Of a stretch of 64,000 nt of DNA, positions 11,105 through 21,000 are shown one piece after another. The notes beneath the pieces were generated by a model, which worked only from the letters and a program-made list of their open reading frames with translations, had not been told where the DNA came from and ran no database searches. Each line of letters begins with the position of its first letter. Within the stretch, counting starts at the first letter, position 1. The DNA lies in contig OZ076409.1 in NCBI GenBank assembly GCA_964187785.1, positions 97,280,001-97,344,000 of the forward strand. Direction: 5' to 3'. Source of the stretch: Amphiscolops sp. MND2022. Taxonomy: Eukaryota. Position numbers and translations under genes: made by a program.

Positions 11105-13414
11105 CTATATCCGTTTTCGTTTTCCTGTATTGTTTAAATCGGTAACCATTTCCGATGTAACTATATTAAAAAATCCATGGGCTATTGAACTCAAAATGGA
11201 AATGTTGCTTTGGAGATTATATTTTATACTAATTGTTCTATAAAATTTGAGTAAGAATGTTAAAATTTCTCTAATGAAAAGAAATGTTGAAAAATAAATT
11301 CCACATTGTGTTAAAACATAGCATGGATATCCAAAGAAATTAATGAATGCTTGACTAAACCAGTCGGGGTTAAAAAGTGGTAAAAGATTTAACAAGTGGT
11401 CGTGTACTCCAATCCTTAAATGATTATAAGGATTATGTCCTGAGTATGAATGTTTATCATTATGTACTGAAATAAAATCATAGCTCAATGATTTTCCAAG
11501 TAATTGAAGGGTTGTGTCTGAATGTTTAGCAAATAATACTCTGTTCCAGAATTGATCTAATTCTGCATTTGAGTATATACCAGCATCTTGGGCGGTGAAT
11601 GTATTAGGAGTAATTGTTGTTTTAATTTGGGTAGGTTTAAACATTTGTGGAGCTTCTCGTTTAAGTGGTTCTGGTGTTAACACATAAAAATCTCCGTCAT
11701 TTGAGTCTGGGTCCAATTCGATTATATTTTGTGGATTATTTCCACATTCAATTGGTGTGGCATAGTTAAAAGTTTGTCTTGTTATAGGATCAACATACAT
11801 TATTGTTTCTCTATAATGTATGGGAATTCTATCAAAGCATTTATCTGCCTTGTATAGTGGGGATATAAAATGAGGGCAATCATACAGCCATGCTGTAGAT
11901 CCTTCAACGTAAAGAAAGTTACTACGATTTCCAGTTAAAAGAAAACCGGCTAATTGAGGGTTTTTAACTGACATAGCTAAGATTGTTAACAATTGAGTTC
12001 TTTCTAGTTCACATATAGTATGAAGAGTGTTTAGTTCTTGTACTGTCATGGATTTGAATACATGATTTATTGTAAAATCAATTTTTGTATTTATGTGGGC
12101 ATCATAATCTAAAGTGGCGAAATTGTTTGATATATTCAATGCGGGGAATATATACTTTTTATTTGAGTTATCATATTTTATGTTTCCACTAATTGTTTGA
12201 TCGATTATTGAGTGTGGTTTGGGTAATCCTGTGTTCATATCAAAACCATCTAAATATGTAACAAAAATATCATCATATTGTGTTGAGAATAATGGCTCAG
12301 GTTTTCCACAAAAGGTTTGTGCAATTGGGTATATTTCAAATCGAGAAAGACTTGGATTGCTTATTTTCGATTGTGGTGTTTTCACATTGGGATATCGTGT
12401 CCCTTGTATTCCTTCGGTTTGGAGTTTTTGTGTGATATTTGAAGTTTCAATAAAGGTATCGGTTTCTATCCAATATCTATCTTTGATTCGTGTCATTCTA
12501 CCAATAAATTCTTGAAGTTGAAATATGAGACAAAATTTTTCATCAAACCATGTTAATGTATAAGGAGTTTTAGTTGTTGGTTTACAAAATCCATCTGAAT
12601 GGTAGCATGGTAATATATGTCCATCATGTATTAATTGATTGTTTTTGTCGTCATAGTCTATTGCAGTATTAACAATTCTAAGTTTCCAACTTTGTCGGGT
12701 AATTAAATGTTCTCGGTCTGATCGACATCTAGAGTATGTGTTTTGTGTAACATTAACTATCCAGTCGGGATAATTTTCATCAAATACGAAGGTTCCAATA
12801 TGCCATGTATTTAATTTTGTTACTCTAAATGGTGTTTGGATTCGTTCAATTGTGTTTTGATAGTTACTATCGCCGAATAATGAGAAAGAGCTTTGTATAT
12901 TGTAATTGTTTAATTCTTCGCTATCAGTCGCGTTTAAATATCTTATCATATTTTTGCATTCAATAGGGTCCAATATTTTTGGAAGTTCTAATGTGTTTTG
13001 TCCCCATTGTAAACGATCATATCGTCTACTAGATGTAAATGTTTGTGAACACCAGACTTTTTCAGTCTTTATGTATGCTTCACATTTAAAGGCTTTTATT
13101 CTTTTGGCTTTTGCTCTAACATAAACTGTTGCTTGGGTTTTTGCGTGTTGTATATCTGAGGGTGCTTGTTTACATGGTTCAACATTTAGTAAACTAAACT
13201 GTCTTAAATTATTTTGTTTTGCACAATCATAATGGGATACCATTAAGTTTAAAATGTTAGGATCTTGATCTGAGATATGGTTTTCAGGATTTGTTGTGTC
13301 AACTTTAGGAACATTTGAAGAATAAACTAAGGAGAGAACTGTATGAATTATATATGTGTATTTGATAGCTTGTATTATACTCAGTAAATAAAAGGGAAAG
13401 ATGATTTGGTTCAT
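11105..13414 (-). CDS. env: Envelope-like glycoprotein (769 aa), class III fusion type (herpes gB / chuvirus G-like)
   Basis: Hydrophobic N-terminal signal; Cys-rich ectodomain (SHYDC..FSLLNVEPC..FKC..VWC; CELERTQL..YDC..KCFDRIPI..IEC; AGIYSNAELD); C-terminal hydrophobic segments; lies 3' of pol. Confidence 0.85.
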   Translation of the reverse strand: MNQIIFPFYLLSIIQAIKYTYIIHTVLSLVYSSNVPKVDTTNPENHISDQDPNILNLMVSHYDCAKQNNLRQFSLLNVEPCKQAPSDIQHAKTQATVYVRAKAKRIKAFKCEAYIKTEKVWCSQTFTSSRRYDRLQWGQNTLELPKILDPIECKNMIRYLNATDSEELNNYNIQSSFSLFGDSNYQNTIERIQTPFRVTKLNTWHIGTFVFDENYPDWIVNVTQNTYSRCRSDREHLITRQSWKLRIVNTAIDYDDKNNQLIHDGHILPCYHSDGFCKPTTKTPYTLTWFDEKFCLIFQLQEFIGRMTRIKDRYWIETDTFIETSNITQKLQTEGIQGTRYPNVKTPQSKISNPSLSRFEIYPIAQTFCGKPEPLFSTQYDDIFVTYLDGFDMNTGLPKPHSIIDQTISGNIKYDNSNKKYIFPALNISNNFATLDYDAHINTKIDFTINHVFKSMTVQELNTLHTICELERTQLLTILAMSVKNPQLAGFLLTGNRSNFLYVEGSTAWLYDCPHFISPLYKADKCFDRIPIHYRETIMYVDPITRQTFNYATPIECGNNPQNIIELDPDSNDGDFYVLTPEPLKREAPQMFKPTQIKTTITPNTFTAQDAGIYSNAELDQFWNRVLFAKHSDTTLQLLGKSLSYDFISVHNDKHSYSGHNPYNHLRIGVHDHLLNLLPLFNPDWFSQAFINFFGYPCYVLTQCGIYFSTFLFIREILTFLLKFYRTISIKYNLQSNISILSSIAHGFFNIVTSEMVTDLNNTGKRKRI

Positions 13415-13443
13415 TGTTAAAGTACCAGTTAATATTTCTATAG

Positions 13444-14916
13444 TTAAAATATTGTTCTATAATTAAGTCCGGAGTAAGGATTAAAAAAGTTTATATGTCC
13501 CGTTCTAATTTCGGGTAGGTCTGCGTCACAAAGATAAGAAATGGAAGTGACTATGAATGGTGATGGAGTTGTTTTGTGTGCTACTCTTGTTGAAAGGGAA
13601 AACGGATGAGGTCCTAAAGAGTTGAAAGTTACTTCTACTTCAAATTTTAATGTGAGTTGTTGTTCTTGTAATCTTCTTAATTCTCTTTGTTTTCTTTGAG
13701 TTGAGAGTGAGCTGTTATTTATAAATCTTACAGGTAAGACTGTATATCGAGGATCTTCGTGTAACGTACGGACAATTTTTGAGTTAACACGAATGGGATA
13801 TTCGTGAGGGTTTGGTGTTGGAGGTCTTGAAAAATCTTCTAGAAAATATTCAGGTAATTGAATAGAAGAGTTTGATGCAATTGAACTGGGTGAATAAACT
13901 CGTGAGAAATTAGCTGCGGTATCTGATATAGTTGCTGGGTCTTCAGATATAAGAGAAGCTGTTTCAAATCCTGATGTGATTTGAAATGGTAGTGACAAGG
14001 AAGATGGTATAGTAGGTTGAGATGAGGAAAGAGAAGAAGTGTCTAGTCTAGGTTGAGCGTGTTGTCTAAGTAGTCTGGAGTTTGTACTTGAACTTGTTAA
14101 AGATTGTAATTCTTGAGAGTTTCTCTGTTGTTGAGATCGAAGATTATAACTATGTCTCGGTACTCTAGTACTAGCAGTGGAGTCAGAATCTTTATCTTTA
14201 TTGTATAGATCTGTTAAAGAAGAAGTAGTTGAATGTACACGTTGCAATTCGAGTTTAGGATATAATTGAGAAAATGTGAATGAACTTAGTTCACTCGGTG
14301 AAGGTGTTGGGTATTGTTGTAGTTTTTCTGTTGGTGCTTTTAATGAAGGTTCTGGTAAAAATGTTATTGGAGTGTTACTTGATGATGGTAAATTAGGGTT
14401 TTGTGTTAATGTAGGTAAAGGAGGTTTTCTTTTTGTTTTTGTTGCTGTAGGTATTTTATGTGGACAAGTATTTATGTATTGTAATACTGAACTTGGATCA
14501 GGAATATGAACAGAACGAGTAGTAGTAATTGGTGGAAGAGGAGGTCTATTTAAGATATTTGAGGTATCTTGTGTATTTGGTGTTGTAAGTGATTCATCAC
14601 TATAGGTAGAAGCTGGTGAATTTGTTTCTTCAAATGTTTGATTTCTTGAGATAGGTTGTGGTTGAGTTGGAGTTATAGGTGTATTGGTGGGTGTTGTTGG
14701 TGCTCTATCAGGAGTATATGGAGCAGATGGGCTAGGATTTGAGGATGAGGAATCCAGTATGTCTGTATCTGTATCTAAATATGCTGTATATTCAGGTAAT
14801 CTTTGGAGTGAATGTGTTGAACTAGAAGATGAGTTATTTGTAGTTGATGATGGTGAGTGAATATGTCTATCAATCTTGAAATTTTTGTTATGGTAGTTTG
14901 GTTTAATTATAAAAGT
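13444..14916 (-). CDS. Retroelement ORF2: 490-codon Met-less Ser/Thr/Pro-rich protein with PSAP and LYPKL motifs
   Basis: Manual translation shows the 267-aa track ORF stays open upstream to a TAA at 14919-14917; no in-frame ATG; PSAP at 14730-14719, LYPKL at 14265-14251. Confidence 0.75.
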   Translation of the reverse strand, partial: TFIIKPNYHNKNFKIDRHIHSPSSTTNNSSSSSTHSLQRLPEYTAYLDTDTDILDSSSSNPSPSAPYTPDRAPTTPTNTPITPTQPQPISRNQTFEETNSPASTYSDESLTTPNTQDTSNILNRPPLPPITTTRSVHIPDPSSVLQYINTCPHKIPTATKTKRKPPLPTLTQNPNLPSSSNTPITFLPEPSLKAPTEKLQQYPTPSPSELSSFTFSQLYPKLELQRVHSTTSSLTDLYNKDKDSDSTASTRVPRHSYNLRSQQQRNSQELQSLTSSSTNSRLLRQHAQPRLDTSSLSSSQPTIPSSLSLPFQITSGFETASLISEDPATISDTAANFSRVYSPSSIASNSSIQLPEYFLEDFSRPPTPNPHEYPIRVNSKIVRTLHEDPRYTVLPVRFINNSSLSTQRKQRELRRLQEQQLTLKFEVEVTFNSLGPHPFSLSTRVAHKTTPSPFIVTSISYLCDADLPEIRTGHINFFNPYSGLNYRTIF

Positions 14917-15037
14917 TTATTTTCGAATTTCTTTCGTGTATTATCACTTGTGAAATACTTTTCATTCAATTCCACATTAATCTTCAAGCTTTCTCTTCCA
15001 AAAAATTTTTCTATGTTTTTTTCCTGTATTCCGTATT

Positions 15038-18000
15038 TCAGCAGGAATTTTGAGAAAGTGAATTTATATCCTTTTCACCAAGAAAGAGTCGATAATCTTT
15101 TCTTGGTTGTGGGCGGAAATTGTATCTATTAGAGGAGTGTCTTCGAGGATTAATAAAATTGTCATAGTCATGAATATCTGATTGGTTATCTAAGCTGATA
15201 TTTTGAGGGATTTGTTCTTTTTGTTGGTACGGAAATGAAGAATAATGACTGAATGGTTCTGATTGGAAGTCAATTGTGGATGGTATATCCGTTTTTTTAT
15301 TAGATGTTGTGGAATAAAATTGATCTTCGTCGCTAGATTGATTTTCATCGGAATTAGTTGTTTGATTGTTTATATTTGAATGGCTATCATTGAATAACTG
15401 TGGATTATACTGTTGTAAGAAGGGGAAAATAGTTGGTTCCTTTGGGTAATAAGGAATTAAATGATTTCTATGTATGTGAGATGTATACCCATCTTGGCTA
15501 ACAATTTCATATGTTATGTCGGAAATTTTATTAATAATTTTGAATGGTCCAATTCGAAGAGGTTTTAATTTGTCTGAAAAATGAACATGGAGGAAATTTC
15601 TTTTTAGTACAAATGTACCAATATCCAAAGGTCTCGGATTGTGGTATGTTTTGTTAAAATAAGCGTAGGAATTTATTTTTCTTTTTGTGTTTTCATATAC
15701 TGTATGGTATATTTGTATCATAGCAGTTTCAGTAGCTAAGATCCATTGTGGTATTGGTTTAGATAGAATTTTATGAAAGAAAGGGTTTAAGTTTGATTTA
15801 TCATAGTGTGTATGAAGTGGTAATTCTTGACAATATTGAGAAGTACAATTTCTATATGTATCTCTGTGAAGGTTAAGTTCAAAATTGATAGGAATTCTTG
15901 GTATAGTATGAAATACTATTTCATATGGAGATAAGTTGATTTCAGAAAGTGGTTGTGAATTATGTGCATAAGCATACATGTGAACTTGAGTAGACCAGTT
16001 TTCCGGAGTATTATGTAAAAAAAGTCTAAGATGAGTTCCAAGATTTCTGTTTTGATTTTCAACTAGACCATTAGTCCATGGTGCATAAGGAGTTCTTGGT
16101 GAATGTCTAATTCCCATTGTGGTACAAAGATTTGCAAATTCTGAGTTGATATATTCTGTTCCACGGTCGGTAACTAAATATACAGGAGGTCCGAATTTTG
16201 TTATCCAATGATGTAGTAATGAGTTAACAGCATTTTGAGCATTGTTTTGTTTTATTGGTACTGTTACTACAAAGTGGCTAAAAGCGTCAACTATAACATG
16301 AATGTATGAATTTTGGTTTGATGGTGGATTTATAGGTCCTTTTGTATCCATTGATATTCTGTAATTGAAGTATGAAGCGTTTTCTGAGAATGTTTGTACT
16401 GATGCAGTTTGTAGTTTTTGGTTAATATGTTTATTTTGTTGACATTCGATACAATCATGAATGAATATTGACATCCATTTATTCAAGTAGGGTATGAAGT
16501 AAAATTGGTTAAAAGCTTTGATGGATATTTTTATTCCTGAATGTCCATGGGCGTGAAGTTTGTTGAAAGCTGCGTAAAAGAGTTTAAATGGTAGACATAT
16601 TTTGTCTCTTTGATTTGGATTGGAATCGTGAAGATTAGGGTAGTCTATGTGGATAATTTTTGTATCATGGTTAATGTATAACTGATTGAAAATTTTATAA
16701 TATACTAATAAGAAAGAATTAGCTGCAATTGTTGGATCTATTTGTGAAGGTCTTTCATTATTAAGAATCCATTGATAAACTTTTTGTAAAACAGTGTCTT
16801 GGTTTTGTTGGGTTTTTATTGTTTCAATGGTTATTTGTGTATTTTCTGGTAGAAAAAAATAATTAAAATATTTTTTGTATTTGAAGAAGGACGGGTCAAA
16901 AAATGGAACTTGTTGTTTACAGTAATCAGATTTAGTTGGATATTGTATAGCAAATGTATGTTCTTTTGTTTGGTATTGAACATTATTAGATTGAGTTGGT
17001 TCATCTTCATCACTGAGAATATCAGTATCATTAAGAATTGTCGATTGTTGTAAAAGAGATTTTGCTTGATTTTTTGTAGGCCTTTTATACTTTGATTCAA
17101 ATGGAACAATAGATTGAAAAGAGAATGAGTCTAAAGGCTTTATGTGAATATCTTCTCCTTTGTTATTAATGCGGATTGAGAATTGGTCGTCTCCATAATC
17201 AGCAAGGATAGGATGACAGTCATTCTTCTGGTTATATTTAATTTCTTCATGCTTTACTAGATAATGTACTGGTTTGATTTGATTGTCTTTCAAGATAGAG
17301 AATTCTATTTGAGGTGGTAATTGTTTGTGACGTAATTGATGTACTTGTAATTGTTCTTTTGTAAAGGTTCGTGAAAGCATATCTGCTACAGTTAAGTTTT
17401 TTCCAGGTGTATGAATGATTTTCAGTTTGGAGAATTTGGTTAGTTGCATTTGTGCTCTATAGAATCTAGGACTAAGATTTCCTTTCTTTGCGAAACAATG
17501 TAGTAAAGGTTTGTGATCTGTAAAAAGGTATATAGGATGAGGGGATCCGATGATCAAAAATTCATATATTTGTAATGCGTAAACTATTGCGAGGAGTTCT
17601 CTGTCTAAAGTTGAAAGCTTTTGTTCTTGTGTGTTAAGAATTCTTGAGTTATAAGAGATTACTTTCATTTTGTTTTCTTCGTTCATTTGGAATAAGACTG
17701 CGCCTAAACCAACTAACGAGGCATCTACTGTTATAAAAAATGGATTTGTTGTATTGGGTATTGTTAATTCAGTGTCTGCTGTCATTGCATTTTTAACATT
17801 TTGAAATATTGCTTCCAATTCAGGTGTCCATTGGAATTTAACGTCGTCATGCAATAGTGTATACAATGGTTTAAGATTTATATGAAGTTTTTCAATGAAC
17901 TTTGAATAGAAATTAACACTGCCAAGAAATTGCATAACATCTTTCTTTTCTTTTGGTGATGGAATTCGTTTAATAGCTTCGATTTTGGATGGAATTGGTT

Positions 18001-21000
18001 TGATGGTATTGTTGCCAATTTCATGTCCAAGGAATTTGACTTTGAGTAACATATAAAATGATTTTTCGGGTGCAAGTTTAAGATTTTCTCTAGATGCTAT
18101 TATATGTAATTCTTTTATAAGTTCAAACATTTCTTGTTTTTCATTAGCGAGTAGTAAAATATCATCGATATAAACTAATGCAGAACGTTTGTCTATAAGT
18201 GATCTGAAGAAAGTTGACATTTGTTTTGTGAAAAAGTTTGGAAGTCCTTTTAATCCATAGAATCCACGGATAAAGGCATATAGTTTGTCACCTGATGAGA
18301 ATCCTGTAAGTTTAATTGTTTCTTCGTCTAATGGTGTATGAGCATATGCATACATTAGATCAATGGTTGATTTGTATTTTTTATTAGCTCTTGCTAACTG
18401 AGGAGCCAAAGGTTCAATAGGCCAAGATTCAAGTTCTTGGTTGGTGTTTGAGTTTAAATGTCTTGCATCTAAAACTACCTTTATTGAATCTCCTTTTGGG
18501 ATAATTATTAGAGGATTTAAAAATGTTGTTCCAATTGTATGTTTTTCATCTGTCTTTGAACCAATTGGTTTGATTATATTGTATTTTTCGAGTTCTTGTA
18601 AAAGTTTATTTAGTCTATCTCTATAATGAATTGGTACTTTAGAAGGTCTTTGTGTGTGAAGTTTACAATTGTCTTTTATTCTAATTCGAAAGGGAGTAGA
18701 AATTTTTCCTACATCGTTTTTATGTTTGGCGTAGCAATGTTGATTATTGATTAAAATATTACACAGGTTCACATATTCAGTGTCAGTTAAATCTGAGTAT
18801 TCAAAGTTAAACTTTTTTATAAATTGTTGATTCTCTGTAGAATAGGGTAAAGGAGGAAAATCTTTTCGAATTTTATCTGAGGGTTGAAGGTTTCCAATAA
18901 CAGAAGGAATAGGAAGTTGAAGTGTTTTATCCTTTATTTCTATCTTGTTTATTTCTAATAGAGACTGTGGTGTTACTCTAGTGCATAAGTTCATATCTGT
19001 ATATGGATTTGGTTTAATCGGAGTTGTGATATCAGGATGATACGCATGTATTACAGAGTGAATGAGTGAGTTTACATCATGAACTCTATAGTGAGAAGGA
19101 GTTGTTTGAGTAATAGGTATTTCTATGTATCCAATGATTCCTCGTGGTAATGTAGCTGGTTGAGATGTAAAGTTTTGAATTATTGTTGCACAAGAGTCTT
19201 TGCTTTTGTCATTGGTCATCATGTCTAGGAAATGAAAGATATTTTTGAATTTTTGTAAAAAATATGTATATGGATTTGTTGGATAAAATTTTGTATTGTC
19301 TTCGAGTTCAAAGTGTAAGTGTGAGTAGTTTTTTATTGGGAAATAAATTGTTTTTCCTGACCTTGGTTTAAAGTGAATTGGTTCTTTGCATTTAATCGTG
19401 TAAATATAAGAAATATATGGGTAATCTTTTTCTGTAAATGTAGAGAATGTAGTCTTTATTGGAAGATTTGAGTGTTGTTCTTTGTAAGTCATAACGTTTT
19501 GTTGAAAATCTATATTTTGGATGTGGTTTTTGAAAAAAGGTGTTCCAAGGATATTGTATTTAATATTGGCTACGGCGAAATCAATATTGAAGGATCGCGT
19601 TTGATGATTTACTTCAGTGAAACAGGTTATTGAAATATAATGTATTATTGGTACTTCAGTTTGATTTGCAACTGTAAGAGTTTTGGCTCTTTGGTTTTGA
19701 AGATTGGTTGGAACATTAATGTTTAATTGTTTGGAAATTACGTAGAATGTTGGTAAATTTAATACGGATATAGATGCTCCAGTATCTAAGAGGAATAAGA
19801 TTTCTAATTTTGTGGGTAATATACTATCATTTGTTTCAGAAGCGTGAACATATAGTGGATAAAACCAACTATAAGGAGTAATTGTATTTGCTATTTCAGA
19901 TGTTTGACAGGTGTGGATTTCAAATTTTGTACTATCATTGTCTTTTGTGGTTTTAACATCTACTTGATTTATTCTGTTTTGTTGTCTGTTTCTTGAGGGT
20001 GTTCTAGATCGTGATCTAAAATCTCTAGGTCTTGATGGAGATCTATATGGGTGATTATATCGTTTAAAGGAATTTTCTTGTGATTGAGAACGTGATCTAT
20101 ATCTTGAGCGAGAGTTATATCTGTAGTTTGAGTTATTTCTATATGGAGTTCTATATGGAGATCTAGATGGAGTTCTTCTTTGATAATAATTATCAAATCG
20201 AGATCTATATGGGCTTCGAGATCGATTGTAATATCGTTGTCGAGAATTAGATCGATAGTTGTTTTGCAAAGTTTCTCTACTATTACTGCGGTATCTATCG
20301 TTATTTCTATATCTATCGTTAAAGTAATTTTGATTGTATTTGTTACGATCGTTGTCTGAGGAGTAAATATTTGTATTCTTGTTTTGATTTTCTTGTGGAT
20401 TATTAGGTTTACTACGAAAATATTGTACAAAGGATTGTTGAGGAGTTCGTGATCTTTGGTTATTGTGTTTATGATATTCATCGTCACGTTGTTTTTGGTA
20501 ACAATTTGAAATACTATGATTATTTTTGTGACAATAGGAACAATATTTTCTATAAGCTGGTTTGCTCTTGTTATTTGGATCTCCAGATTGAGTAACCATT
20601 ATATGATCTTCATTTTCAAATTCCTTTTTACTGTTATCATCTTCAAGCGATACTTTGTTTATTTCTAGAGCTAAGTCATTAGTTCTTATTTTCTCATTGG
20701 CAATGTCTTCAGAATCAACATGTCTAACAAGTGTGTGAAATGGTATCGAAGGTTCAAGTAATGTTGATACATGTTTAACTTGTCTTTTATGGGCAAAATC
20801 TTTTAATTTTTTTGGTAATCCTTTTGTGAAGATTTCATTATTTTTAAGGTTTATTGTAGCTGCATTTTCTTTACACCATCCTTTTTTAACTAATTGTTGT
20901 ACTCTAAGAGCAAAATGGCGTACTGTCTCATTGTCCTTTTTCATGAGTGACATAGCTTCTACTTGGGCGTAGTAAGCTGTTTTTTGAGATGAAAATTGTT

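Noticed and set aside
14900..15080. Programmed frameshift or read-through joining Pol to ORF2
   Set aside because: The Pol frame stops again 8 codons after its TGA; reaching ORF2 would need two shifts, and no canonical slippery heptamer is in frame
19100..19400. Active dUTPase between protease and RT
   Set aside because: Only a faint resemblance (IQNFTSQPATLPRGIIG); the catalytic motifs are absent
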